Notes under the pieces: generated by a model
Databases searched by the model: none
What the model saw: only the letters and a program-made list of their open reading frames with translations
Told to the model about the DNA's origin: nothing
Part shown: in pieces, positions 31,742-48,752 of the stretch
How positions within the stretch are numbered: the first letter of the stretch is position 1
Layout of the letters: the number at the start of each line of letters is the position of its first letter
Translations under genes and position numbers: made by a program
Assembly (NCBI RefSeq): GCF_009914755.1
Contig: NC_060928.1
Direction: 5' to 3' (one strand)
DNA: 64,000 nt
Source of the DNA: the human T2T-CHM13v2.0 reference genome, Homo sapiens

Positions 31742-33461
31742 TAGTGTACAGAATGAAGGAAAAGAAATCGATGTAAATGTGCTATCTCTCAAATATTAAA
31801 GTACATAAAATATTTGATACATAGAAAGAAATGATTTCCCTCATCTTTAAAACAGAACAAAGATTAAATGCAGGTGGCAATGCCACAACAGAACATGTCA
31901 ATGCCTTTGGAAGCTTAGGTGGATGGTATTCATTATTTCCAGGCAAATTTGTGCAAGTGAAATCATCAGGCAAGCATTTGTTGATATTGCACAGTGATTT
32001 GTATAAATCAAAACAAGAACACCTCTGTTCAGACAATTAATTCCTCTGGAAGTTGATTAGAACAAGAGAATTTTTAAAGAGGATTAGAAGACAATCTTCA
32101 GGAGGAGGCAAATTGACATATAAAAATACAGTCATTAGCATTCTCTTGGGGTGAATAAGAGTTAGACAAGCTAGAAGAAAGAAGGCGTTCTGATCTCTGC
32201 TGAGGGGCTTCAAAATTAAATGCTGAAACCATCTTATCAAAGAGTGAGTGCTTTATCTATAATTGTTTTACTAATAGGGTTTTTTCAAACAAAATAATTT
32301 ATAGATCTGTATCTCCCCAAATGAAAAAGAAAGTATTTTTGTCCGAATGAGTGTATATTATTACAAGAAACTTGAATTTTTATTTGGCTACTTTTTTGTC
32401 TAGCAACATGAACCATATTTAACATTTGTAACTCAGGCTAGATGAGTAACTGCTGATTGACATCAAAGTCTCTCCAATGGCAGGATTCTCCCTCCCCTCT
32501 TGCCCCACCCTGTCTTTCCTCCCGATGGGCACATGCCTGCCCAGCGGAAGGAGACACGGCAGACTCTCTTTCCTGCGCACAAGGACTGTTGATTCTAGAA
32601 GCCCCATGTGCTCCCTGGGCAGGGCACCTCTACCCATGAGCTTTCATCTGCTTTTCAATAGCAGGCTTGGAATTTTCTGGAATCTCTGCTGTGACTTGCT
32701 GCTATCAGGAAGCCCCTCCATCATTCCCCTCCGTCGTTCTCTGCTTTGCCTTTCAAAGTAGCACCAAAACCACAGCAAGTGGGGAGCAGGGAGACGGTTG
32801 TTCCTCTTCCTCAGCAGTTCTAGAGGAAACCTTTGTAACAGACTTTAAAGTGTTGACAAAGTTGTTAAAACTAAAATGAAAGGAGGTTAGAGGAAGTAAT
32901 GAGAACACCAGACTCTGAAATCCACCTAGAAGGGAGTTGGTAGGAGGGAGGTCTGTGGCCTGTTTATGAGTTCACGTTTCCATAAACTGCTAGAATAGGC
33001 AGATCGCCCCCACCTGGCCTGGCACATGGAGCCCAGGGTCCCCTAGTCTCCTCCCCAGCCCCTTCCCCTGAGCTTAGATTCGGCCTTCTCCTCTGAGTAA
33101 CACCACCTTTCTGACATGTTTCTCTAGGCCCGAGTCCCCAGCGGTGCGGGTCTACCTTATTTTTGGGAGGGCGGAGGTGAGCAGTGGCTGTTTCTTTGAA
33201 GGACGCTGAAAACAATTCTCCCAAGTTACAAGCAAGTGACAGACAAACACTCAGGCACCTACTTCCCTGGAGGCGAACCCACCTGGGCCCCCTTCTTTCC
33301 CTGTTTGGGCTTGTTGGAGGATCTTCCTTTTATGTTGTATTTTTACTTGTTTTTTGTTTGCTCTCTAACTGCGCTCATTGCATCCTGGATCTGAGATTCG
33401 GCATTTGCTCTTACTTTGGGCTTCCCATTACATACTCATTTTGCAGTATATTGAGCTGGTC

Positions 33462-34299
33462 AAGTGCAAGCCCCGAGCCTTGGCAGCTTCCATGTGTACC
33501 CTGCAAAGCCACAGGGTCTGAGCTCCCGAAGACTGTGGGAGTCCACCTCTTGCATCAGCATGACCTGGATGTGAGACATAGAGTCAAAGGAGATCATTTC
33601 GGAGCTTGAAGATTTAATGACTTCCCCACTGGATTTCAGACTTGAGTGGGACCGGTAGCCCTTTCATTTTGGTTAGTTTCCCCCATTTGGAACGGGTGCA
33701 TTTACCCAGTGCCTGTGCCCCTATTATATCTAGGAAGTAAGTAACTTGCTTTTGATTCTACAGGCTCATAGATGGAAGGGACTTGCCTATCTCAGATCAG
33801 ACTTTGGACTTGGACTTTTGAGTTAATGCTGAAATGGGTTAAGACTTGGGGGACTGTTGGGAAGGCGTGATTGGTTTTGAAATGTGAAAAGATATAAGAT
33901 TTGGGAGGAGCCAGGGGCAGAATGATATGGTTTGGCTTTGTGTTCTAACCCAAATCTCATCTCGAATTGTAGTCCCCACGTGTTGAGGGAGGGACCTGTC
34001 ATCTTCACGCGTTGAGGGAAGAATGTGATTGGCTCATGGGTGCAGTTTCCCACATGCTTTTCTCGTGCTAGTGAGTTCTCACAAGATCTGATGGTTTTAT
34101 GAGAGGCTCTTCCCCCTTCCTTTCATGGTTTCTTGTCTGCCACCATGTAAGATGTACCTGCTTCTCTTTCTGCCATAATTGTAAGCTTCCTGAGACCTCC
34201 CCAGCCATGTGGAACTGTGAGTCAATTAAACCTCTTTTCTTTATAAATTATGTAATCTCAGGTAGTATCTTTGTAGCAGTGTGAAAATGGACTAATGCA
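33462..34299 (+). mobile_element. THE1/MST MaLR: internal 3' end, polypurine tract and 3' LTR (33923-34299)
   Basis: gcaagccccgagccttggcagcttcc internal sequence. PPT tttgggaggagccaggggcagaa. LTR tgatatggtttggc...ggactaatgca. Confidence 0.92.
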
Positions 34300-34529
34300 T
34301 GAAGTATTCAATACAAAATTATTTCACAAACAGAAATATGGAATTTTGTTTAGAAGAATTCTATTGGAATATTTAGACTCAAAATAATATATTGGGAAGA
34401 AAATGCACACATATATACAAATATTCCATATGTTTTTAATACAAGTTCCTTTATTTTCTAACTTTGAAGTTGATACAATTCTCGGGGACAAAAATGTGTT
34501 AGGTCATTCTTGATCTTCTATATGGAAAC

Positions 34530-34816
34530 TTTTCTCTTTTTTTGAGACAGGTCTCACTCTGTTGCCCAAGCTGGAGTGCAATGGCATAATCTGGGCTCAC
34601 TGCAAACTCTGCTCCTGGGTTCAAGTGATTCTCCTGCCTCAGCCTTCCAAGTAGCTGGGATTACAGGCAAGCACCACTGCGCCTGGCTAATTTTTGTGTT
34701 TTTAGGAGAGACGGGGTTTCATCATGTTGGCCAGGTTGGTCTTGAACCTCAGGTGATCTGCCCACCTTGGCCTCCCAAAGTGCAGGGATTACAGGTGTGA
34801 GCCACTGCGCCTGGCC
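34530..34816 (-). mobile_element. Alu (S-type)
   Basis: TSD ggaaacttt. Confidence 0.93.
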
Positions 34817-35712
34817 AGGAAACTTTGCTTTAATAATGTATTGGCTCAGATTGCAAGTCATTAATTTATTTGTTCAACAAATGACTGTTTTACTACTGCC
34901 TTGTAAGTGCCAGACAAATGTTAGGCATGTGTAGGTTTGGGGACAAGGGGGATAGATTAGGGATGAAATAATGATCTAGAAGACATCCGATGTGCCATGA
35001 AGGACCCAACATTTAACAGGCCACAAGAGGAAAGAGACAGACATGTAATAAATGATTTTACTTCAACTCATTAAGTGTTTCAATAAAAGTAGACATAAAG
35101 TCCTGAGGTGGCAATTACTAGGGATTGGCCAACTGTGGCTCAAGGAACCAGGAAGTGCCTTATGGAGGAGCCTAATAATTATGATGGTTCTGCTGTCCTT
35201 TGTACTATTGTTTAAGATTCATGCCCAATCTAATACCTGATGACCTAATCTTTTTATTGCTTGTGGTTCTCCTTGAGGAAGATGATGAAGAGAGGTGAAA
35301 ACTGCTTCAGCCACCCTCCCCCCGAGGACTGCTGCCCTGCCTTATTTTCCTTAAGTTTCTGTACCATGCCTCTGACAGAAGAGAAAGTTTATCCCTGGGG
35401 AGGCAAGTGGAGATGAGGCCTAGCATTCCATATGGAGATCCTGGATCCCCTTCCTTTTGCCCAATATAGACCTGGGGAAGAGTTCAAGGAAGTGGAGAAA
35501 ACAGTACGTTTCCAAAGGCAGGGCTCCTTCATCTGGGAAACTCCCTCCAGGGGCTGGCTATGCATGTCATGCTTGTCTGAGGTGGCTACTCAGAGTGGCC
35601 ATGGTAGGACCTGTACCCCTTTGCTAGAATTAGAAGCTTGCAATGTATGCATCATCTGTCTCTCACTGCAGTTTCTGCTAAAAAATACATGCCTTTCTTA
35701 GGTGGTGATATT

Positions 35713-35923
35713 TCCTGAACTACTCTTTCCAAAATATTGTGCTCATCCAGATAATCTTATATTGGACCTAGGACATTGCAGTGCAAATGAAGGCAATCTT
35801 AAGCTTCCCATATCCTGAATTAGTCTTTTCAAAATATGGTGCCCATCTAGATAAATCTTACACACTGGACCTCAGACAGTACAGCGCATATGAAGGCAAT
35901 CTGTCCATTGCCGTATCGTGAAT
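35713..35923. repeat. Diverged ~100-bp tandem duplication
   Basis: Units start tcctgaa at 35713 and 35813, with tcgtgaa at 35916. Confidence 0.88.
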
Positions 35924-37059
35924 ACCTCAATCAGTATTATCTCTAGCTGTAGAGATCCCCCTTTGAAGCCCATATAAACTATGCATATTTAGGCTGCTAA
36001 GATAGAAATATCATTTGCTATCAACTTTCAGAAAGATTCTTTCTTCTCTTGTATTTCTTGTGATGAGAGTGTGGCCACACATCTGCTAGCCAGGCTCCAG
36101 GGCTTTTTACTCACTCCCTTCAACCATCAGGGACAAAGCACAAGAAAGTGTTTTCTGAGAGTTTGCTTCTCTGCAATCTTTGACAGCTACCTTGGCTTGC
36201 TGGGGCTGGATTTTGAGCTGCATTTTTTTCCTATGAAGATGTAAAGTTTGTCTTTCCGTACAGAGGGCCAGTGTTTATCACATTTTTTATTTGTCTTTCA
36301 ATACATTTTCAATCTTTTTCTCCAACCAATCCAAATTGTTTATTTTCCTCCAAAAGAGAAGATAAACGCCTTACCTAGCTTGTCTTGTCTAAGCCTGCCC
36401 CTTTCCCTGCTAACAGTGCTTCAATTGTTAACAAGACGTTTATGTTTCCACAAGTCTTTTCTGAGTCATGGGCCCCAGTGTTTGACATGGTGAGATAGCT
36501 GCTGTAGCTATTCAGGAAATGAAGAACATTAGTGAAATTCCTCTCATTAAAAAATAAATAAATAAAAAAGAAACAATATTTTAAACATTATGTGAATACA
36601 GGACTTATTTATTAAAGCTAAACAGAAGTACTTTCAAAAAATCATAATCCCAATTAATCTATATTTTATTTACTTTGGCTCTTGTAGACACGTAATGTGA
36701 TAGCGTGTCAACTGTCAACTTCTGCTTTTCACTATATTGGTATTTTATAGTCATTGGATCAAAATATTATTTATTTTTAATATCATTTAATGTTTAAAAA
36801 TGTAGGCTTAGCATCAAAGGACTAGAAAACTCTCAGCACCTGTTTCTTTTCTCTTTGTATTCTGTTTCCTATTACTTATCTACATTTTCAGTGGCATATG
36901 TTTTAAAGGAGTTCACCAGTTTCTCTTCTTAGGAACTAAGGATAAACTCCTTGATAATGAATTCGGGTCCTTTCTTCTCTTAAAGTAACTATTATGACTA
37001 AGTAACATCCCTCAGAAGATACTATTTTATTCTTTTTTACATTTTTTCCTTTTACTTAC

Positions 37060-37425
37060 TGTTATGGATTGAAAGTTTATGCCCCCCACAAATTCATATG
37101 TTGAAATCACCCTAATACCTAATACCTAATATGATGGTATTAGAAGATGGGGTCTTTGGGAGGTGATTAGGTCACAAGGGTGGAGCCCTCATGAATGGAT
37201 TAGTGCCCTTAAAATAGAGAGCCTGGGGAGCGCCCTGGCCCCTTTTCCACCAACTGAGGACACAGCAAGAAGACAGCCATCTATGGACGAAGAAGCTGGC
37301 TTTCCCCAGAACCGGACCACGCTGACACTCTGACTTCCAGCTTCCCGAAATGTGGGATATAAGTTTCTGTGGTTTACAAGCTACCCAGTCTATAACACTT
37401 CATTATAGCAGCCTGAGATAGGATA
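37060..37425 (+). mobile_element. MLT1A-type solo LTR
   Basis: tgttatggattgaa...aaattcatatgttgaaa. TSD cttac at 37055 and 37426. Confidence 0.9.
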
Positions 37426-38284
37426 CTTACTGCTATGTGCATTAACTATAACAATATGAGAAGTGGCTACAGGCAATCAGTTCACAGTTCGCTGTTATTC
37501 CCATGAATGGGATCTGAGACTGACAATTGCAACAAAAAGAACATTTCCATTTCTACCAATACTTCAGCCACAGCCCTGAATCCCTGTCCTGTAGCAGTTC
37601 TCAATGTAGTTATAAAATTGTATTTCAGTTAGTAAAAATGATACCACTCCTCTGGTGGCTGTACTGGTATTGCAAATGTTTCCAGTGTAAAGGAGATTAC
37701 AGTTATACCCAGAGATTCTTAGAGAGCTGTCCTATGTGAACTAAGGAAGCATCACTGTTTATTGCCAACACAGATACTGCTACAGGAACGCTTCATCATA
37801 TTCCAGACTATATTTTGACATCCCCTTCCCATTCTCTCCAATTTGCTTCCTTTTCCCCATGAACATTTGTCTCGGGTCCTGGCCCTATTCCTCCAAGTTA
37901 CTGGTAAGCAAATTATAAATAGATAACCAGATAGGCTAATTTGAGCATTAATATTAATATAACATGTTTATCTGTCCATATAATACCTGCATTTTTAACC
38001 AAAGTTTTAGGCTTTCAAATCAGATGAATGACCAATGAGAGAATAGTAGATACTCATATCCTAATATTTATATTTATATATCCACAGAACCTTTAAACCT
38101 TTAAAAGGAATGAAGAAACTTGGCCTTAGAGGAAGCTCATGCTCAGTGCTACTACGGACTGCATACCTTCCTTTCCCTTGCATTCCTTCATTCATTCCAT
38201 AGTTATTGTTTCTACTTTGCATCAAGCACCGTAGCAGGCATGTGGTAATGAACAAGGCAGTAAGCTTTTAAAAGTAAGAGGTTT

Positions 38285-38970
<686 letters not shown>

Positions 38971-39009
38971 GCGATGGAACTCGACTGAAAACTGGGGAAG
39001 GCAGATTTT

Positions 39010-40690
<1,681 letters not shown>

Positions 40691-40693
40691 TGT

Positions 40694-41085
40694 TGTTTTA
40701 GTCTGTTCAGGTTGCTCTAACAAAACACCTGAGACTGGGTAATTCTTAAAAAGCAGAAATTGATGTTCTCAGGTTCTGGGGAAGGGAAGTGTTGGCTCAA
40801 GGTGCCAGCATTTGGTGTCTTCTGAAGGCTGCTTTCTCTGCTTTCAAGATGGTGCCTTGTTGCTGTGTCCTCTGGAGAAGACAAACTGTGCGTGTGGCAA
40901 AAAGTGGAAGGGCAGAAAGGGCTACCTGTTTCCCTCCAGCTCTTTTGAAGGCACTGATCCCACCCAGGAGAGTGGAGGCCTCATGGCCTAATCACTCCTA
41001 AAGGCCCCACCTCTTAATACTGTTGCATTGTGGATTCGGTGCCCACATATGAAATGTGGAGGGGCACAGACATTCAAACCACAGC
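40694..41085 (-). mobile_element. MST/MLT1A-type MaLR LTR
   Basis: tgttttagtctgttcagg...gacattcaaaccacagc. Confidence 0.85.
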
Positions 41086-41409
41086 TCTGTTTTCTTGTTT
41101 ACTTCTTAAAAATGATATTATTACCAATGCTAAGAAAAAATAGCCAGGCCAAAGCAAGGGTTGAGGTGAAGTTAGGTTTAAGCTGAGAGAACAATCTGGA
41201 ATAGAAGTAAACACTGAGGTGAGTTGGAGCTTGGTACTTAAAAACAATAAAGAAAAATGAAAATGATGCTGGTAGAGAGAATAGCAACATTCAGCTAAAG
41301 CTAGGCAAAGCCTTTCTTTCATGCAATATTAAGACTTTTGTATTTGAACCTGTGAATAACTAGAAAGTGTTGACATACTATAGAGGGGAATTGGCTTGCT
41401 GAGTTTTGC

Positions 41410-41714
41410 TTTTTTTTTTTTTTTTTTTTTTTGAGACAGAGTCTTGCTCTGTCACCTAGGCTGTAGTACAGTGGTGCAATCTCGGTTCACTGTAACCTCT
41501 GCCTCCTGGGTTCAAGCAGTTCTCCTGCCTCAGCCTCCTGAGTAGCTGAGACTGCAGGCACGCGCCACCAAGTCCGGCTAATTTCTGTATTTTTAGTAGA
41601 GATGGGGTTTCATCATGTTGGCCAGGCTGGTCTCGAACTCCTGACCGCAGCTGATCCACCTGCCTTGGCTTCCCAAAGTGCTGGGATTACAGTCATGAGC
41701 CACTGCACCCGACC
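41410..41714 (-). mobile_element. Alu (S-type)
   Basis: TSD tgagttttgc. Confidence 0.95.
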
Positions 41715-41729
41715 TGAGTTTTGCCTTTT

Positions 41730-42350
41730 TCAGAAAGAATGTTCTGGATCTTTTGGGTGGAGGCTAACGAGGGCAGAAGATAATATAGAAACAGTAGTTA
41801 GAATCTTCCACAGAGGCAAGAGATGATGTTAGTGTGGACTGGGCTTGAAACAGTGGGATAGAGAACTGTAGAATTCTTCAGAATGACAGGACCAAGTGAT
41901 TGTTTAGATGTGTGTGTAGGAGAAACATGAGTCTGGTGAATAGAAATGAAAGGCCCAGGGTGAATTCCCAGTGCAATGGTAATAGCATTTTGCTGAGATG
42001 GGGGACTCAGCCTTTGGGGAGGGTGGACAATGATGAGTTCCATTATTGACATCGTGTTTGAGGGGTCTGCTGGGTATCGCAGAGCAGTCATCCAGTGCAC
42101 AGCTGGGCATTAGGGCCTAGAAATCAAGACAACTCCAAGAGGAAGACTTGGGGGAGGATGTTTTGGATGTAAAGATCATCAGTGAAGCTATGGGAATGGA
42201 TGAGATTGTCTCTGGAGAGTGGATAGAGTGAGAAGCACAAAACAGATCTCCTGGATTTTGAACGGAGAAAATACTCAGGTGGCTGGAGGAGAAGAGAGAT
42301 GTTGAAAAGACAGCTCCAAAAACAGGACAGAGATGTGAGATAGAGTTTCC
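41730..42350. mobile_element. L2 fragment
   Basis: tgaagctatgggaatggatgagatt...gagagtggatagagtgaga. Confidence 0.65.
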
Positions 42351-42735
42351 AGATGAATCATATAATAGTGTCTTGTTGCATGTGAAGGAGTGTGCGCATG
42401 TTGCAGATCTCCTGAAACAGCAGGTGGTACTGGCCCAGCAGGGCAGAGGAGTTGGCCCCGCCTAGGCAATGTCAGGCAGAATGCAGGTCAAGGCACTTTG
42501 TTCCCAGCCATACAGAATCTTCAATACCAAAAGTGCCTCTGCCTATCTTCCATTTCCATCACTAAGGAGACAGGCAGGCCCTCGCTGAGACTGTGAACTC
42601 TGTGAACTGCTGGAGTGAATTGTGCCATCCGCCTTTGGCTTGTCCTTTCTGTTTTTTCACCTCCCCTGATATCCCTGCCCCTAGTGCAGCTCCTATTTAA
42701 TAGTTAGCTACAGAGATTCCTCTCGAGTAAACTAA

Positions 42736-43113
<378 letters not shown>

Positions 43114-44204
43114 TAAAAAATATTTCTTAAATTTCTTTAGTAATGGAACACCAATATTTATTTTATTTTAAATTTGTAAATGAGAACAGTAGGTTATTGG
43201 GACAATGGGGCCTTTGAAAACAATTTACCTTTCAAAGAATGCTCAAGGCATTGGGTAAGAACATATAAAAAATGTCCCTTCCCAGCCTCCCCATTTGCCT
43301 AAAGAGGTTGTGGTCTGCATGCAGGCCTGAGGGGCTTAATGCCAGGCTCTTGGCACACATGGCCAGCTGTGGCTACATTTTACAGCCATCCCTTTGCTCT
43401 GTCCCCTCCTTGCTTCCCCACTTTAGCTCTCCTCATCTTTTCCTCCCACAGGCCATCTCTCTGTCCCAAGATTCCCAGATGCACACTTCAGAGAACATTC
43501 TCCTGGAGTTTTACTACTCCTTTGAACCCTGGCTGGAACTTCTCACTCTTCCAGGCTAGGAGGCTGGCCTACTGCTCCAAGGATGCCTGGACTGTGAGAG
43601 ACAGAGGGAGGCACTGGGCAGAAACGTAATGCCCTTTGTAAAGCTGAGGAATCTCAGGTTAAGATCTGGATATGACAGCTGAAAGGGGAGAGAGGGAATT
43701 ACAGTTAATGAGAATTGCATCAGAAGATTTTACCTGCTTACATATGGGCAATTTGTGTGTAGGTGGGTAGGTGTGACTGGGGAAAACAGGAGATGAGGTA
43801 GGGTGGCTGGGATAGTTGGTGCCAGGTTGACCAAGATGAATTAAAAAAATGCATGCTTTCAGATTTTACATATTAGCCTGGATTTTGGATATTAGAATAT
43901 AGAAGAAAAGCAAAACTTCGTTGAAAGTAAAATTGTTTTGTCATTAATGTAAAATCTTTTTAACATATATGCAGAATAATTATATAGATTAATATGTTTT
44001 CATATCGTACTATATAGACAAAAACACATATATCTAACATTATATGAGTTGCCTCCATGCACATATTACACCTTTGTTCAATTAAGAAATTTCATATTTG
44101 CTGGAACTACTACCTCTTTCTCTGCCTTCCATCGGGAGCTTTCTTGAACTGTCATCTTTAAACACCTGATTTTCAAGGCATTGTCTATGGAAGGCACCAA
44201 AGCA

Positions 44205-44258
44205 AAGGTCCGCCTTCTTTTAACAGGTCTCTAAGGTCCACCTTCTGTTAACAGGTCT
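44205..44258. repeat. 28-bp tandem duplication
   Basis: aaggtcc(g/a)ccttct(t/g)ttaacaggtct x2. Confidence 0.92.
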
Positions 44259-45769
44259 ATGATCAGACAGTCTGGGTTACTAACAGGCTACTCTGACTTT
44301 TTTTTGAAGTTGACTTGCTTGAGAAAGTGATGTTAAAGCTAAAATGAATTATTAAACTCTTTTTTTTTGTAATCTTAAACAACCTAAAAGAGAAATAATT
44401 CACAATGTAGAAAGAATGCGGAAGAGATTCCTCAGCTCTACAGAATGGTTGCCATGGAGTGGACCATATTTGCCTTTTGAAAGCCAATCTTTCAATTGCA
44501 TTCATCTCTGACAATAAATGTAAGGCTTACACCAGTGAAGAGAGTGGAGAGAGAAAAATGAAACCCTTTGCCAGAGCTAGGCTGGACAGCTGCTGGATTT
44601 TTGTAAGGGATATAAGAGTTTACAAGAAAGTGCCCCTCAAAGAATGAAATGCTTATATGAACATTCTTTGTCGATGAAACTCTTTAAGAAAGACCCACTG
44701 CTAGAATCCTGTAAACTCCATGTGCAGAAACAGATGCAGGCGTAAGTGACACTATTTCAAGTCATCTAATAGATCCTTGAAAGCAAGAACAGTGCAATAA
44801 AAAATCTATTTCTATTTTCCTTTATAAATAATTCATTTCTATATTTCTCTTTTCAAATAATGCCATGACTGTCCACAGCCTTGAACCTTCCAACCCCCTG
44901 AGAAGACCTGGACTGCTCTCCTTGATGGACTGGTGCTCCTCATTTCCCAGGGACTGGAACTGAAACTATAGCCTGGAGGTTAAGCTCTGGGTGCTTTGAA
45001 ACAGGACAGATTTCCAAGCCCCTGTCCAGGATTCTGATTTAGCTGGCCTGGGATGAAAACATGGATCTGCATGTTTAACAAACAAACCAGTGGATTTTTA
45101 ACATGGGGTTTAGGAAATTATACAAAGTATACACTCTCCTAGGGCTAATCTTGTTATTAATTATTGTCAGTTAAAAGCATTTCTTCACTGGAGATGAGGA
45201 AAAAACCCAAACTTAAAGCGTCAATAAAACTTTCAAATAGAAGATTATTTTTAAATGTTTTTCTTCTAAATTTCAAGTCTGCTATTCCAGATCATTCTCA
45301 TAATCAAAATCATGAAGTCATCAAACAAATAAAATCTCATAATCGAAATTTAATGTTCTTCATTCTACTTAGAATCAGAGAAAGGCTGTGAACAGCAGGT
45401 AAGACCTAGTCACTACAGTGTCTCATTGTACCTTCTGGCTCCAGCTCCAGGACTGAACACACACAGCCAATGTTCAGAATTATGATTCTGGAATTCCACA
45501 ATGTTCTGGCAGTTAAATCATTGTGGGTGTCCTTAATTATTTCTTTAGGCTGAATTCCTAAAAGTGGAATTTCTGGGGCAAAAGCTAATGTTTAATTTAA
45601 AGGCTTTTGTTTGTATTGGCAAACCAGAATATTTAATCATGATCATAATAAAACCAAACTTAGGAATGCTTACAGTGCACTGAGCTCTGTGTCTCAGTCT
45701 TGATGACAGCATTTCAGATTGAGTGTTATCATCATACCCATTTTAAAGATGGTTAGAAAATAAGGCTTC

Positions 45770-45905
45770 GTTGGGCATGGTGGCTCATGCCTGGAATCCC
45801 AGGACTTTTGGAGGCCAAGGCAGGAGGGCTGCTTGAGCCCAGGAGTTTGAGAGTAACCTGGGCAGCGAGACCTGGTCTCTACAAAAATTAATAAATAATC
45901 ATAAT
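45770..45905 (+). mobile_element. FLAM monomer inside a MIR (~45660-46010)
   Basis: Single left arm with an (AAT)-rich tail. Confidence 0.85.
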
Positions 45906-46077
45906 AATAAAGATAAAGGGGCTTAAAGGACTTAAAATATTGACGAAGGTCATATAACCAGTAAGTAAGAAAACCAGAAGTGGGACTCAGGCCTTCCTGA
46001 TGCCAAACCCTTGTTGCTAATCAGTAGCTGCCTTTTGAAAGGTTGTGCTAATTGGCACACTCACCAGAAGCATATGA

Positions 46078-46442
<365 letters not shown>

Positions 46443-46583
46443 TTCAATTTCTACATGGTTCAATTTCTTTTTTTCTGACCCATGAATGTGTGGTATTCCA
46501 CAATCTAAGTTGTCTGTGGTTAAGTAGGACACTGAAAATTTTTTTAATATGGGTCATTCATGCTTTGAAACACATTATTTCTT

Positions 46584-46789
46584 CTTTTTTTAAATTTTAC
46601 TTTAGAAGTGCAGAACGTGTAGATTTGTTACATAGGTATACGTGTGCCATGGTGGTTTGCTGCACCTACAACCTGTCATCTAGGTTTTAAGCCCCTCATG
46701 CGTTAGCTATTTGTCCTAATGTTCTCTCTCCCCTAGTTCCCCACTCTCCAACTGGCCCCAGTGTGTGTTGTTCCCCTCACTGTGTCCAA
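46584..46789 (-). mobile_element. Very short L1PA 3' end
   Basis: L1 3'UTR. 17-bp TSD gaaaca(c/t)attatttctt at 46567 and 46790. Confidence 0.9.
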
Positions 46790-47477
46790 GAAACATATTA
46801 TTTCTTGAAGCTTTTACATATATCTGAATATTGGAAATTCACACAATTTTCTCCAATCACAGTACATCACTTGTACATAAACTCTACCCTCCAGAAAAGA
46901 TTTTGCTGTGCAAAGCTATTCTTTGAGGACAGTGTAACGAACTATATTAGCTTAGCTTAGGTCTTAGGTATACTTTACCAAAGACTAAATTTATTCTCTA
47001 CGTGGTCAGAAATTAGAGTGTCAGGAATCATAATTTTATCTAATTTCCAAAATGAACTAACAATATTTTCAGTAAACTTTATTTCACTACATTTTGATAT
47101 ACATTTACATGTTTATATTTTACAGATAGATGCTAACTGAATTATTTTAAAGACCAGGTATATATTCCTTGAAATAATGTCGGAAACTTTTGACCCAATA
47201 GTTCAATTTCTGGATGTCCATTCTAAAAAAATTCAAAATCTAGGCAGACATTTTGATTGTTACTAATGCTATTTGTAACAACGGGAAGCTATGAACTCTG
47301 AATACCTGATTGTATGGAAGTATTTAACTATGGTACACTGGAGTATTGAGCTATTGATCCACTTAGAGAATATTTAGAATATAAGCTCCCTGAGGAAGAT
47401 CATCTTGTATAGTTTGTTCTCTCCCATATCTCCAGTGTGCAAAAGTGTTCATCATGTACATGCACTCCACAAGTACT

Positions 47478-48005
47478 CGTGGAATTGATGCCCCAAAATA
47501 GGGGCTTAGCTCAGGAGGGTTCTTGGCTTTGCTCAGGAAAGAATTCAAGGACATGCCAGTAGTGTTAGCAATCTTTTATTGACTGGTACTGCTCCTAGTG
47601 GAGCAGGGCTAACTCATAGGCAGTGGGCCCAGAGTCAGCAACATATGGGCTATTGGCAGCTATATTTACACTCACTTTTACACACTTCAATTCTATGCAA
47701 ACTCAGGGGCAGGTTAATGCAAATTGAGGAGTGGGTTATTTAGGATGTTCCAGGAAAGGGATGGTAACTTCTTGGTGGTGGCCATGGAAGGGATGGTAAC
47801 TTCTGGTTTGTTGCCATGGCATTTGTAAACTGTGATGGTGCTGGTGGAAGTATCTTATGCAACTAAGCAATGAGGGCAGCCAGGGATCAGCCTCTCTGCC
47901 ATCTGTTGGTTTCTGCTGATTTCTTCAGTTTCTCCTCTCCGGACCAGATCCTGTTTTGGTCAGCAGGGTTATGACCAGAAAGCAAATCCTGCTGGTCTCT
48001 TACCA
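47478..48005 (-). mobile_element. ERV1 (MER4-group) LTR
   Basis: ggttcttggctttgctcaggaaagaattcaagg and repeated aagggatggtaacttc...gccatgg. Confidence 0.75.
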
Positions 48006-48029
48006 CAGAATGAATGTGTATTTCATTAT

Positions 48030-48270
48030 TAGCTAACTTTTACCGAGCTAAGCTTAAGTAGGTGCCTGGCATTGGTCTAAGTGCTTTAAATGCATTAACC
48101 CTTTTCATCCTTACAACACAACCATAAGGTAGCTAAAATTATTAGCTTCACTTTACAAATGAGGACAGTGAGACACCAGAAATTAAAGAATTTGTTCAGG
48201 GTTGTACAGCTATAAGAGCTTTCGCTGGTGTTTGAACAGATGCATTTTATTTTAGTGTCCACGTTCTTGA
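48030..48270 (-). mobile_element. MIR
   Basis: catccttacaac...cactttacaaatgaggacagtgag. Confidence 0.75.
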
Positions 48271-48455
48271 CAACTGGCTGGTTTGATAATGTACACAAAA
48301 ATGGTAATTTGAAAGAATAGAGAACTGTGTTCTAATCCTTTAACTTGGTTTTTTGGTTGGACTGTGAAATATTCTTTGACATAACCAGAGAAGTCCCTAT
48401 GTCCAAACTATGGCTTATTATGAAGGATGAGGAAATGGTTTTAAAGAGCTGAGCC

Positions 48456-48752
48456 TGGCTGGTCACTGTGGCTCATGCCTGTAATCCCAACACTGAGAAG
48501 CCAAGGCAGGAGGATTGCTTGAGGCCAGGAGTTCAAGACCAGCCTAGGCAACATAGCAGGACCCTGTCTGTACAAAAAATTTAAAAATTAGCCAGCAGTA
48601 GTGGCATGTGCCTGTAGTCCCAGCTACTCTGGAAGCTAAGACTCGAGGGTTCCTTGAGGCTGGGAGTTTGAAGCTGCAGTGAATTATGATGGCACCTCCG
48701 CACTGTAGCCTGGGTGACAGAGTGAGACTTTGTCTCAAAGAAAAAAAAAAAA
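48456..48752 (+). mobile_element. Alu (J-type)
   Basis: TSD agctgagcct. Confidence 0.92.

Noticed and set aside
47756-47820. 32-bp direct repeat aagggatggtaacttc...gccatgg
   Set aside because: Appears to be the normal internal repeat of this ERV1 LTR class.
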